This document shows positions 1 to 13,341 of a stretch of 64,000 nucleotides of DNA, piece after piece. How positions within the stretch are numbered: the stretch's first letter is position 1; the number at the start of each line of letters is the position of its first letter. A program made the translations under genes and the position numbers. The notes under the pieces were generated by a model. That model was not told the origin of the DNA, did no database searches, and saw only the letters and a list, made by a program, of their open reading frames with translations. Source of the DNA: Azolla caroliniana (Eukaryota > Plantae > Polypodiophyta); assembly GCA_043228905.1 (NCBI GenBank), contig JBHGNT010000006.1, positions 11,842,001 to 11,906,000 of the forward strand, read 5' to 3'.

Positions 1-7
1 GTGAATT

Positions 8-235
8 TGATTAAGACAGAGATTATGATTAAGATAGAGACTGTGATTATAAGAATCTGATTAAGGTAGAGAATGTAATTAATTGAACCTAATTAATGAA
101 CCTAATTAAGATAGAGAATGTGATTATACGAACGTGATTAAGACTGAGAATGTGATTATAAGAACTTGATTAAGATAGAGAATGTGATTAATTAAACCAA
201 ATTAAGACAGAGAATGTGATTAATTGAATCTGATG
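8..235. repeat. AT-rich degenerate tandem repeat (ATTAAGAYAGAGAATGTG-like units)
   Basis: Repeated ttaagatagagaatgtgatta / ttaagacagagaatgtgatta units; probably internal or subterminal repeats of the adjacent DNA transposon remnant. Confidence 0.75.
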
Positions 236-359
236 TTAAAAGGTAATTAATTGGAGATGGAATTAGCTTTGATTAAAATGACGGTGAAGGGTTTAATGAG
301 ACTTAAAATGTGATTAATTTACATGTTAATATGACCGTTTTTTTGGCCATTTAGGTAAC

Positions 360-512
360 AGGTTGGGCGACCTGGCTTATGGTTGGGTGACCATATTAAA
401 AGAGGTTGGGTGACCTAGATTATGAGGTTTGGGCAACCTGGTTGGGTGACCATATTAACATAGAATTAATTTTAAGAGGTTTGGGCAACCTGGTTTATTA
501 TCGTTGATGTTT
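360..512. repeat. Cluster of GGTTGGG(C/T)(G/A)ACC motifs (second cluster at about 2110-2300)
   Basis: ggttgggcgacc, ggttgggtgacc and ttgggcaacc recur here and at 2110-2300, including one inverted copy (ggtcacccaacc). They flank the Ulp1-like region like DNA-transposon subterminal repeats. Confidence 0.6.
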
Positions 513-529
513 TTTACAAGGGTTGGGAG

Positions 530-765
530 ATAGATTGGTTTAAAACAGCTTTTTCGAATCAGCTTTTTCGAAGAGATTAGTTTAAAACCGCAAGTCAATT
601 GGTTTACATTTGAGATTGGTTTAAAACAACAAACCAACTTGAGATAAACAACTTGAGATTGGTTAAAACAACAAATCAATTGGAGATCACAACTTGAGAT
701 TGGTTTAAAACAGCAAATCAACTTGTGATTGGTTTAAAACAACAAATCAACTTGAGATAAACACT
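530..765. repeat. Tandem repeat of about 30 bp (GATTGGTTTAAAACAACAAATCAACTTGA)
   Basis: Several degenerate copies visible directly. Confidence 0.8.
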
Positions 766-959
766 TGTTGTAAACAATATTTCCATTAATAAGTAATCGC
801 GATATACAATGAGTCGATTCTCGCTATACAAAATTTGTGTGGATTCCAAAATATAGTTACAACATCAACTCTATAGCAAAATCTGTGCCGAAAACAACAT
901 TCACAAAATTTACAATATGGGGCCACCGGTCGCAGGTGCAAATCCTAGTACCCTTCGTG

Positions 960-1660
960 CTAACTTGTCCACATGAATCCGAAGTGAAACCACTTCGCAT
1001 TTGGTGAACCACATCTCTGTGCCCTGTCACCAAATATGTATAAGAACACATCTATACACAATCCACATGAATAAGGCATTGCAATTACACTTACAAAAGT
1101 TAGAGATATCCATCCTTGTAAGAACTCCCCCACCAACATTCGGATAGTCTTCATCACGTAAAAGCCACAATCCCAACAATTTGGCTGAGTTGGGATGTGC
1201 AATACGTGATGTCGACCCTCGTGAACAATGGTGTGGTCTGACGGTTCAGATGAAATGGTTCGAATCGCCAACTCTACCATTCTCCGCACGTTGTTAGTCG
1301 TTGCGTTGTTCAATGGATCGCAGAAGACTACTTTGTTGGTAAGCTTAGAAACTTTCTATCGCATCTTCGTCCACAACACCCAATGCTTGTCAAACACGAT
1401 CGGAATGAACATAAAATCACATTCAGTCACCTTCCTAAGGATGGCTTGCCCCTTCATCGTCTGCTGGTGTAGCGGCACCCACAGTGGGTCGACGATGGTG
1501 AAGCATTCTGTCACCTCGCGTGGCAACGAGTGCTCCATAAACAACATGAATAAGGTCATAGTCCACATCGAATGCCATTTCACGACACTTACACATGGTC
1601 TCAAGATCTGACTTGGTAACGTCAAGGGCCATATCGAGATGTTGGCAAGTTAGCTGGTAC
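960..1660 (-). pseudogene. Ulp1/C48 SUMO-peptidase-like gene remnant, probably transposon-borne (CACTA or Mutator type)
   Basis: Minus-strand peptides FMFIPIVFDKHWVL, VVFCDPLN and HIPTQPNCWDCGFYVMK give the His/Asp/Gln-x-Cys catalytic set of C48 peptidases. Interrupted by a stop and a frameshift; likely GT-AG intron near 1050-1095. Confidence 0.7.
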
Positions 1661-2398
1661 CTGAATGCATAGAAATATGTAGTTTGAGTAGGTATATCAC
1701 ACCCAATGTCAGTTAGTAGGATAGTAATTTATATTTCACATTAAACCTACTTGGAAAAGTGTGTATTTGGTGTTTCGATCCACAACCTTATGTCCTTGTC
1801 GTGCTGAATTTGAACTGTGGCCACATCCAATGCAATGTCATCTGAATATGATGTTAGGGAATCAACATAAGTGTTTGACTCCACAACAAACCCTAATCCC
1901 TCAACTATTCCTACCACATGTACAAAAAACAGAAAAAGTGATGTAATAGGGTTTAGTACATACTTGGGAATAGTGATGGAGGAGTTTGATTGCCGCATAT
2001 GTTGATTGTAGGCCGCTTGACGGTAGTTTTCTTTCCCGGCAAAAGAAACCTGTCAATCTCGTTTGAAAAAATGAGAGATAATGACAGGTTTGAGGCTTTT
2101 ATAGTCGTCGGTTGGGCGACCTACGTCTTATATTGAGTTGGTTGGGTGACCAACTCAATATAAACCCTAAACCAGTTGGGCAACCTGCTTAAACCGGTCA
2201 CCCAACCATTTAAAAAATAAACGGTTGGGTGACCTGCGTTGATGATTAAGTTGGTTGGGCGACCATTTTAAAAATATATCTCGGTTGGGCGACCTCTGCA
2301 CAACTTTATTTTTCATGCCTTCTTCCTTATCGAAATTCGACAGTGCAGATTGCACGCGCCTTCTCTGAGCGACCTACACCATCTGTGGCCGTGATTCC

Positions 2399-3030
2399 TG
2401 TTAGAAATTGACGCTTTCAAAACCTTCACCTCTCGGCCACAACCGAGGAAACACGAATCAATGCAGCAGTAAATCGAAAACACAGAGAGAGACTCGAATG
2501 CACAGGGTTTAGCGTGGAAAACCCTAGACGGGAAAAACCACGGGAGTGCAAGACTCCAACTATCACTATACGCAGGGAATGTACAATGGCGAGCTGCAAG
2601 GCGACGACCTTGAGCTCACTGTCCTCGCCACAGGCGGCGGTATTACACAGAGGCGTCGACCTCTTCCTTTCTCTCTCTCACTCTCTCTCTCGGCTGCTCT
2701 CACTTCGCTCCCACTAAGTGGAAAACAGAAAAATGAGCAACAACAACAAAACTGTTTGCCCTAAGTCATATTTATACACATATGACTTTCGGGCTATTTA
2801 CAAATATAGCCTCGAGGGCCCTTGGCAAACATATTCACAAATATGTCCCCGCATCCGGATCTCTCTCCGGGTACATTCGTCATCCGGCTCCGTAGCCGGG
2901 GTCTTCATCATCCGGATCCGAAACCGGGTCTTCATCATCCGGTTCCGATACCGGGTACTCCTCATTCGGGTCTTCATTCCCGATTCCCGGACATCTGACC
3001 ATCCCATCCGGAGGGACCGTAATCCCAACA
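2399..3030 (-). mobile_element. Solo LTR (copia-type) with 5-bp TSD ATTCC
   Basis: TGTTAG...CCAACA termini; ATTCC at 2394-2398 and 3031-3035. Carries the GTGGAAAACCCT..GGGAAAAACCAC motif shared with the minus-strand copia LTRs at 4909 and 5852. Confidence 0.85.
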
Positions 3031-3489
3031 ATTCCCTCACCGGCCCTCTTTATGATTTGTGTCATAATAGACACGTCGCATATGTATTGATATGATTACA
3101 TACATACATACATACATACATAATGACCCACCCATTATGTATGTATGTGTGTGTGTGTGTGTATACCATTATTTTTCACAGCAATCCCATTTGATCTAAA
3201 ACTCCACGGCCACCACACCACACCACATTTGTGTTGTGGCTTAACCCCCCTAGCCTTTCCTCTCAAGTTCCCCCCCTCAGCTATCTCTCGGTCTTCCTCT
3301 AGATGTATCTCGCCCGACCCCTCACAATGAATGAAATGGGATTGCGCTATTCGAAACTCTTGTTGCTCTTGCCCCGCTCTACTCGATCTAGACTTGTACC
3401 ACCTTCGATCGTGTGGGAATTGGATGAAGAATCAATCTTACCTACAACCACCACATTTCTCTATTTTTTCCTTTTTTTGATAATCCGAA

Positions 3490-4130
3490 TCATCAAAAAT
3501 TTGTATGTCAACTTTGAAAATCAATCTACAATCTTACATAGTCTCCACGCATATGGTATCACAAACTTCATTCTTCTCTTGTCAAGGTTTAGCTTAGAAA
3601 TCATCATCTTAACAATGATCCAAACATTTAGCTCAGAAAAACCAAATCCAACTTTGTTATTGTTGGTATCTATGGTGATGATTCTCCCTTTCTCTCCAAC
3701 TCTAAAGTCATTTAAATCCCGCAATGAAGGAACTTGCATCTGTCTTTCCTATGACACATTTTCTCGACATCTAAATAATTCAAAATATATCAAATCATCA
3801 TACTCTCTCTATCACAATCTCCACATATTACCACTAGCCTTCAAAGTTTTGATATGCTCCATAATAAGCCCATGAATACTCCTCTTTCCAATCCTTTAAA
3901 CTCTCCAATGATGATGCACCAAAAGAAATCGAGAGAAATCTGAAATGACATTATAACTTTTTTTTTGGATGTATTAGATGTAGTTGCACATGGCATGTTC
4001 CATTGCTAGTTGTCATTCCATTGCTAGTCCAAAACCCAGGCATTGAATTGTCCTCTATTTGTGATTTTGAAATGTACATGAAACTATTCATTGGCTTACT
4101 CTAATCCGTAGTCAAAGCTAGCCCTATTGA
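3490..4130 (+). pseudogene. Highly decayed Ty1/copia reverse transcriptase remnant
   Basis: Alternative frames read FVCQL*KSIYNLT*SPRIWYHKL and NFVIVGIYGDD, matching the copia RT motifs xCxLxKSxYGLKQSPRxW and YVDD. Confidence 0.6.
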
Positions 4131-4170
4131 GCAAGGATGAACAAACTCTCTCATATTTGGCCAGATGTGG

Positions 4171-4655
4171 TGTTATGTACACATAACATAGGTGAAGGTA
4201 GGTCACTAATATTACCATAAGTGAATGGTATGTTCACTAATGTTAAAAAGGGTCTAGTATGATTGGATAGAAGGAATGACAAGTGCATGCACTATCATGA
4301 TCTTGACAACCAATGAATGGAGAGCCTTTTGGAAAGGCACATCTATTCAAGGGGCCTAGGTAGATGTATAAATATGAGGCCTACCTACCCTCATCAAACA
4401 CATTACATTGGAAGGTTGTTGTCTTAAGACACCAATGGTGTGGGCTAGTCTTTTGTCGCGATGATCGTGTTATCTCTTCCAAGGTACTAGTCACCCTAAT
4501 ATCTAGCGGTATGGGACATTGGTGGTAGGTTGGCTATGTCTTGATCATAGCTCAGGGTGATTGGGTGGAACGGGTTCTTCCATCCAATTTATTTCCTTTA
4601 TTTTACTTTATTGGTGTATTAATTAGTAATAAACTCTTAACAGTGGTATCAAAGC
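4171..4655 (+). mobile_element. Putative 5' LTR (4171-4642) followed by a tRNA-iMet PBS
   Basis: TGTTA...TAACA termini, internal TATAAATA near 4367, TGGTATCAAAGC at 4644-4655; no recognisable coding region follows. Confidence 0.5.
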
Positions 4656-5851
4656 ATTTACTTATAATTGTTTTTGTTGTTTTGATGTTTTTGTTTGAGC
4701 GATGGGGATCTAATAAGGCTCATCATGCACTTCTCAAGATCAAAACAACATTCTAAACCCAAGTTTCTTCTTTCTCGATCTCTCTCTTCTTTTCTATGAG
4801 GAGTTATTATTGGTCGCATGAAATTTGTATTATGTTACCTTTTCTTTCTTTCATCTTTGCTATCATGATACGATTTTAAGTTTATTGTGCATCGGGTCAG
4901 GCATGTTTTGTTAAAATATTGTACCAGCCACAATCGGCGTTGAAATACAATGAGGAATACGGTAACCGTAGAAGCAAGAAAACAGAAGTACTCAGACAAT
5001 AGTACACATGATATTTATGTGGAAACCCTAAAGTGGGAAAAACCATGCGATCCCATAGACTCCGAACGGAGTTACTGTATTGGGAGAGAATACAAGAGAC
5101 TCGCAGACAACGACCTCGAGTTCGTCTTAGTCTGACAGACTGATGCACACACAGTCTCTCAAAGACACTCTTATTCACATATATTGACGATTGCCCTAGG
5201 TGTATTTATACTTATACACAATATGGCTATTTACAAATATGGCCTCTACGCAGCCATGCCACAATCAGTTTTCGGATGCCTTCCGGCCGATCCAGAACCC
5301 TATCCAGATCCAGTTTCTGGATGTCTTCCAAATGATCTGACTACTTGTTTGGATCCAACTTCCTGCATATGCCATTTGGAGGGACTTGTTCTCCCAACAA
5401 AATCCCCCTTCACATGGGGATGGGATGGTTCGGTAGACCTGCTTGTTGTCTACATGATTTGAACTTACCTTGGTTTGCATGTCCTATCCATTGCCATCAA
5501 TGTGAATCTTCTCTAGGACAAAATCCCTTTCATCTACCCTCTCTCTAAACCAATGATATCTCCCTTGGATTGGATTAGTTCTAGAGTGGTAGGCAACATT
5601 CTTAGCAAGGTGGACGACACCCTAATTGTCACAGTGTAGTCATAATTGTTCTTGTCTCATTCCAAACTCATTGACGAAATCCCTCATCCAAATGATCTCC
5701 TTGCCATAAATTCTGCTTCCGTAGTCGACAGAGACATAGCCTTTTGCAACCTCGATTGCCAAGAGACAGCTCCCCTTGCATAAGTCAACATGTATCCGGA
5801 CATGGACCAGTTGGTATCAATATCAGCCGACATGTCAAAGTCCGTGAACCT

Positions 5852-8800
5852 TGATATGAACAATGGGATCTCGGCCACAACAGAGTTCAAATGCGGGATA
5901 AGGAAACACAAGCAAAACAAAGAGAAACAGAAAAATAAATGTGCACAAGATATATCGTGGAAAATCCTTAACCGCGTAAAAACCACCAGTGCCCACAGAC
6001 ACCAAACCAATCCACTATGAGATGAAATATACAACAGGACAAGCACACACAAGCACCGACATGAGTTCGTACTTCTTGCCAACAAGCGGTTACAACAGAG
6101 ACACTCTCAATATCCCTCATTGACTCTCTCTCTCTCTCTCTCTCTCTCGATTAGTTTGTTCAGCTGTAGAGGCAAGGACCTCGCGCGCACTATACACCGT
6201 TGCACACACAACCCACACTGCCTACCAGATGAACAAGACAACTTAACGACAACAACAATAACCAGTTTCCCTAGTTATCTTTATACTTGGATAATTTTTA
6301 GGCTATTTACATAACTGGCATTTCCAAATACTTATCCGAACTCTATCCAGTTTTAGGATCGGTGCCATCCGATCTGGTTCACACTTCACTAGCTCTTGAT
6401 CGGTTTCAACAAACTTCTCAATCCTGGGTTCGGCCCATTCGGAGGGATCTAATTCTCAACAAAATCCCCCTTCACTTCGGATGGAGCTTCATCAATCCGA
6501 CCCGACTCTGACATGCTTCTAGCCTTTCTGCCGACTACACCTTTGTCAGCATGTCAAATCTGTTCTCCGATGTGTGTATATTTTTGTCAGAGCAAACTTC
6601 CCTTCTTCTACTCACTCTCGGAGCCAATGATATCTCCTTTGAATATGCTTGGTCCTTGAGTGGTAGGTTGCATTTTTCACAAGGTGGATGGCACTTTGGT
6701 TGTCACAGTAGAGTCAAAATTCACCTTGTCGAATTCCTAGCTCTCAGAAAAACTCTTTCATGCATATCATTTCTTGGTTGGTTTCGACAACTGCCATGTA
6801 CTCGGCTTTTGTGGTCGACAATGCCACAACCTTCTACAACCTCAATTGCCACAAGAAAGCTCCCTCTACGCAAGTTATCACATACCCAGATGTGGACCGA
6901 CTCGTATCTACATTAGTCGACATGTCCAAATCGGTAAAACCTTCTAACACGGAGTTACCTAAGCCGAATTGAAGACACATGCTCTTGGTGCCTCTCAGGT
7001 ACCGAAATATCCATTTGACTGAGCTGCCCAATGTTCTCTTCTGGGGTTTCTCATATATCGACTAACGACTCCGACTGCATATCCAATGTCCGGCCTGGTA
7101 CATACCATTGCGTACATCAGGCTTCCGATTGCTGAGGCATCAGGTACCTTCAACATCTCAACTTTCTCTGTATTTTTCTTCGGACATTGTTTTGACGATA
7201 ACTTGTTGTTTATCGAGAGTGTCGAACCGACTAATTTTGTGCTTTCCATGCCGAACCTTTGGAGCACCTTTGTCACATATATTCTCTTGTGATAGCCATA
7301 AAAACTTCTTTGTCCGATCCTGAACAATGTGCATCCCCAAGATTTGTTTTGTTGGACCCATGTCTTTCATCGAGAACGACCCACTCAATACCTTCTTTAG
7401 AATTCAGATTTCCTCGTGGTCCCGTTTGACAATCAACATGTTGTGCACGTACAATAGGAGAATAAGGAAATCTCCTCTGTCAAATTTCTTCACAAACACG
7501 CAATGGTTGGCCTGCGTTTTGTGGTACCCTTGGTCTGCCATGAAGGATTCGAACTTCCGGTACCATTGTCGGGGAGCCTGCTTTAGACCATAGAGGCTCT
7601 TCCTCAACCGACACACTAGGTTATCCTTTCCCTTTTCGATGAATCCTTCCGGTTGCTGCATATAGATTTCTTCTTCTAAACCCCCATGCAGAAAGGCCAT
7701 CTTGACATCCATTTGTTCAACTTCTAGGTTCATGCTAGCCACTATGCTCAACGTTGTTCAGATGGGCGTCATTTTCACCACCGGGGCAAATATTTCGTCG
7801 AAATCCACCACTTTCTTCTGCTGCAAGCCCTTCATGACAATTCGGGCTTTATATCTGGGTGGATTCCTACCATCTCCTGACTTCAGATTGTACATCCACT
7901 TGTTTCAAAGTTCCCTCTTTCCTTTCGACAACTCCGTTAGCTCGTATGTATGGTTCTCATGCAGGGAATCCATCTCATCCTGCATGGCTCTTAGCCACTC
8001 TCTGTTGTGGATGTCCCTCTTTGCTTCCTCAAAGCTTTCCGGCTCCCCCTCGTCAGTTAGTAGCACATATTCTTTATCCAGAAATCTTTGGGGGACCCCT
8101 CTCTCTCTCAGAGGGTATCATCATCCTCTGTTTTCCTTAGTGGGTTCACTAGGATCTTCGTCTTCTCCTTCGATTGGTTCTTCGTCTGGGTTGGATTCAA
8201 CTACTTCTTCATCATCGGATCCGACTCTGTGTCCGCCTTTGACTCCCGAATGACCTCTGACCGACCCGAATCCTTGTCTGAATTTGATCGGCTCTCCATG
8301 TTCTTTAATTGACTATCGGCTTTCGACTATTTGGGAGGATGTGTTCGACTCCTTCTAGTCGACAATAGTCTTCTCCTACATGAAGAGTATGTCTCGGCTC
8401 CAAACAATCTTCTTGTCGACTTAGTCCCATACTCAGTAGTTGAGTTCACCATCTCCGTAGCCGAGAAATATGCATGGCCAAGATTTTGGATCTAGCTTTC
8501 CCGTTTGGTCCTTAGCCACATGCATGTAGGCAAGACGGCCGAACACCTTCAGATGTCGGTACGACACGTCTTTGCCAGTCCACACCCTCTGTGGAACATC
8601 TCCATCCAAGGGTGTTGAGGGAGATCTATTTATCACGTACACTGCTGTCATTAATGCCTCAACCCATAATGTCTTGGAAAATTGTGCATGCACTAACATA
8701 CTTCAGACCCTTTCCATTATGGTCCGATTCATCCTCTCAGCAATTCCATTGAGCTTTGGCATCTTTGGCACGGTGTACTATAGTCGAGTGCCCTTCGACC

Positions 8801-11139
8801 AAAAGTACTGTTCGAATTGTCCTTGGTACTCTTCTCCATTGTCAGCTCGAACCGCTTTCTGTTGTCGACCAATCTCCCGTTCGACTCTTGCTTGAAATTC
8901 TCTAAAGACTGACAATACCTAGTCCTTTGTCTTTAGGATGGAAGCCCACACCTTCCAACTATAGTCCTCAATGAAGGTCACAAAATATTGCAAGCCGACA
9001 TGTGACTTGGAGTCGACATAGCACATGTTGGTGTGCTTGAGTTCCAAGGGCATTTTCTTCCTTGTCGGGGGCCTGTTTCGGAAGGAGGTTTTGTCTGCTT
9101 GTCGGTCAAGCAATCGGTGCACTTCTCGAGTTGCACGTTCTTCACCTCATGAATGAGGTTATCATCGACAAGTCTTAGCGTCCCCTTCTCACTCATGTGA
9201 CACAACCTCTTGTGCCACAACTCGCCGATAGTGTCAGTTACCATGTTCGTTTCTTCTCGACATATCAAAGCATGCATAAGATATAGAGTATTGGTATTCT
9301 GGGCTCGGCCCATGATCAAGCTTCCTTTGCTGAACTTCATGACGCCGTTCTGGATGCTACCCGTGTAGCCTTCGTCATCCAACCGACCGGCTAATATCAG
9401 ATTCAGTCGAACTTCCAGAACGTGTCGAACATCCTTCAATACTAGTCGGCACCCAGTTGATGTCATCAGACACACATCTCCTATGCCGACCATTCGACAT
9501 GCTCCTTCATTTTCCATCTTTACAAGAACGTGGTCTCCGACCTTCTATGATGAGAAGCATTTTTGGTGGGGAGTTAGATGGAATGACGCACCTGAATTGA
9601 CTACCCATGTCGATCCATCTTCGACAAGATTCAGTTTGTTTTGCTCGCTTATGAGCAATAGTTCCTCCTCAATTGTTGCAACAACCGACGTGCCTTTCCG
9701 TTCCAAACCTCTTCTTCGGGTCAACATTGTCGGCTCCCCCTTTCTCTTTTCGGAAGTATTGGCAATTCTTAAGAAAGGTGTCCCACAATAGAAACACGTG
9801 GGCCTTCCCCTCGACGTCAACCTCGTCCCCGACTTATCTTGATTTTGGGGACTTCAATTCCAACCTCTTCCTCGATTTCTGTCACTTTCCGTGACTAAGT
9901 CCTTCACGTCGGCAATGTAATCTCTATCCTTCCAATGAGCTTCCTCATTCAATAAGCTCGACTTCACCTAGTCTAGGGATAGATGCTTCCCTTCTGGTCC
10001 GGTGTTGCCCAATGTGACAACGAGCGTCTCCCAGCTATCCGGAAGGGATCCCAGCAACAACACTGCTAGTACCTCGTCAGCGAGAGGTACTTCAAGAGAG
10101 GTAGTTTGATTCATCAGTCCTTGGAAGGCATTAATATGCTCCACCATGCTGGTACCGTCTTGATACTAGAGTCTCATGATTTTTCTGAAAACTGAGACTC
10201 TATTCACGACATTCTTGTTCACGAACATTACGCCTATTTTCTTCCAAAGGACATCCGCTTCTGTTTGTTCACCAAAGTTGTTATTCAAGCTCATGTCAAT
10301 GAAACATCTTACGTATGCCGCTACCTTCAGATGCATGACCTCCCAAGTCGCTGCATCGATCTTGTCTGGTTTTCTTTTGCCGAATTGTACTGGTAGCCAT
10401 AAATCCTTGCACATGAGCATGTCTCTCATCTTCGACTTCCATACCGACTAGTTGGGGCCGATTAGCTTGAACATGCCCCCACATGAGTCTTCCATTTTCT
10501 AACTTTCTTTGAAGGTTATAAGCCTTCACCCTGATACCAGTTTGATATGAAAAACAGGATCTTGGTCACAACCGAGTTCAAATGTGGGATAAGGAAACAC
10601 AAGCAAAACAGAGAGAAAGAGAAAAATAAATGTGCACAAGATATATCGTGGAAAACCCTTAACCGGGGAAAAACCACAGGTGCCCACTAACAACAAAACA
10701 ATCCACTATGAGAGGAAATATACAACAGGACAAGCACACACAGACACCGAACTGAGTTCGTACTTCTCGCCAATAGATGGTTACAACAAAGACCCTCTCG
10801 ATATCCCCCACTAACTCTCTCTCTTGTTTATTATGTTCTGCTGTAGAGGCAACAACCTCGCGTGTAGTGTACACCGTTGCACACACAACCCGCACAGCCT
10901 ACCAGATGAACAAGACGACTCAACAACAACAACAATAACTAGTTTGCCCCAGTTATTTTTATACTCAGATAACGTTCAGGCTATTTACATAACTGGCCTT
11001 TCCGGATACTTATCTGGACTCTATCCGGTTCCAGGATCGATGCCATTTGATCCGGCTCACACTTCTCCAGCTCCCGACTAGTTTCAACAAACTTCTCGAT
11101 CCGGGGTTCGGCCCATCTAGAGGAACCTAATTCTCAACA
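5852..11139 (-). mobile_element. Copia element B (Tnt1/Tork-like): structurally complete but pseudogenised, nested in element A
   Basis: Paired LTRs 10543-11139 (5') and 5852-6461 (3'); PBS (reverse of ctgatacca, 10531-10539); PPT at about 6462-6473; gag, PR (WVVNSGASFH), IN, RT and RH fragments in copia order; target duplication AACCT/A-AACCT (1-nt ambiguity). Confidence 0.9.
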
Positions 11140-11225
11140 AAACCTTCCAAAACGGGGTTACCTAAGCTGTATCATAGGCATACACTTGAGATGCGTCTCA
11201 AGTATCGGAATATCCACTTGACCAT

Positions 11226-12563
11226 TGTCGTGAGGAAAACTGGCTATGAGGGGAAAAAGGACCAAAGGCGCTTGAACTGCCACGTGCACGGATGCAAGAA
11301 AGTTGTAGTATATGCTTGTAAATAACCTAGGACTAAGTTTAGGTCAGCATGGACGAGGGATGAAGCGAACCAGATCCGGAAGAAGGCGTACCGGGACTCC
11401 CCTCTTTGGGTGGTGATAAGGAGAGAAGAGCAGATGGAACTACTGTTGGAGTACCACGGGAGCCCTTGGTCCGGACAACGTGGGACGTGGGCCACATTCG
11501 AGAAGCTGAAGGAGAAGTATTGGTGGCTGGGAATGTACCATGACATGCACCATGTTGTAATGACCTGCGAGAGCTGTTAGATGCACTCGGCAATCCGGCA
11601 TAGGGACGAATTGCACCCGACCTACCATCCAACTGTTCATTTCAAATGGATGGTGGATGTAGTAACGATGCCGATGGAGGTGGGGCATATGTGATACCTG
11701 GTGCTAGCACGAGAGGACCTGACAAACCAGGTGGAGAGTCTAGCACTGCAGAACAAGACGACCGCGGTTGTATGACGGTTCCTGATTGAAGAGGTGATTT
11801 GCTGATACGGGTGCATAGGGAAGATTGTTGCAGATTGAGGGGAGCTGGATGTGCGAGAAGCCGAAGAGTTGTTCGGCTAGTTAGGGGTTAAGATCTCTCT
11901 CACCATGGCGTACAATCTGGAGGCGAACGTGAAGGTGGAGCGCAGACACGGGCCAATTCTGAAAGCACTGGTATGAGCATGCAAGGGGCAAGTCGGAAAT
12001 TGGTTGCGGCTCCTACCATATGCGTTGCGGGCGAACTGAACTACGCACAGTTTGGTGACAGGATTCATGCCAGCATAACTCATGTATGAACAGACGCGGA
12101 TGGAACAAACAATCTCTTCATGGGCAGCGATCGATTGGACGGATGAAATGAGCCGAGAGGAGCTGTTGGTGGCGAGGATTCGCCAGCTCGAGCAGAGGCC
12201 AGAGGACGTAGAGAAGGAAAATGTGAAGTTGTACACGGCGCAAGAGAAGAACAAGGACAGGTTCGACAGGACGCACCGGCTAAGACCGAAGAAGATCGAA
12301 GAAGGCGACTGGGTATTGGTATACGACAACAACCTCGACAACTAGCATAAGGCGACGAGCGCGAACGACAACGCCACGTACCATCTCGCGGAGCTCAACG
12401 GAATGAGAATAATGGAACCAGTTTCGGGAAGGCGGATCAAGGCTTTCAAGAAGCGGTACGAGGACGAGCCGGACCCGGACTGCGTGGGCCGGGATGACCC
12501 CGGAAAGAACGGACGAAGACGGGGGAGTCGACGGGTCGGAGGATGACGAGTAACACGCGGCCA

Positions 12564-12598
<35 letters not shown>

Positions 12599-13341
12599 CA
12601 CAAACTGGTGGATGTGTGGTTTGGTGGGGGTGGATGTCGTGAGGAAAACCGGCTATGAGGGGAAAAAGGACCAAAGCTGTGTGAACAACCACGTGCACGG
12701 ATGCAAGAAAGTTGTAGTATATGCTTGTAAATAACCTAGGACTAAGTTTAGGTCAGTGTGATGTAAGAACACATTAATAGGATGAATTAAATAGTGAATA
12801 AATCTAAAAGAATCTCTTTCCAAGGCGACAGGGAATAACTACATGATGTAACCCCCCCCGCCCCCCTCTTTGGCATATAAAAGGAGGGAGAGAGGGCTGA
12901 GAAAGGGATCACGATTTCGGAGAACGAAGTGCTGTTGGACTGGGAACCGAGCGCTCGCTCTCGGATTTCTTATCTTCTGTCGGTGTTTCTTTGGTCGAAT
13001 GTCTCTACTCGCGTAGGAAGCCCATGAGCTCCCTATAGAGGCTCCACATTGTATTTCGGTACTAGTGCGGGTGTGTTGTTCGTTGAGCTCGTAGCTCAAC
13101 TCCTAGCTTAGCCGGTTGTAATTTCTCAGTTTCCCTAATCAATTGTTGGTACCCATCTTGTTGATCGTCTAGCGTGTTGCTCCGATCCCGGCCGAGCTGG
13201 TGGTGTCCTGAGTGTCTGGATATCTAACGGTCTATACCCCCCTACCGACTTCCTTATTCTTCTTTCTCTTCTTACACTCCTCGGCTCGAGGCCCCCATGG
13301 TCCTGCCTTTGTTTCGCACGCACACACGTGAATACGCGACA
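11226..13341 (+). mobile_element. Internally deleted Ty3/gypsy element C (Trp-primed family)
   Basis: First ~120 bp of the 5' LTR (11226-11347) fused directly to a decayed integrase region; full 3' LTR 12635-13341 (TGTCG...CGACA); flanks CCAT and CCGT. Confidence 0.85.

Noticed and set aside
3303-3875. 190-aa hydrophobic ORF as a membrane protein
   Set aside because: Off-frame reading of a decayed copia RT
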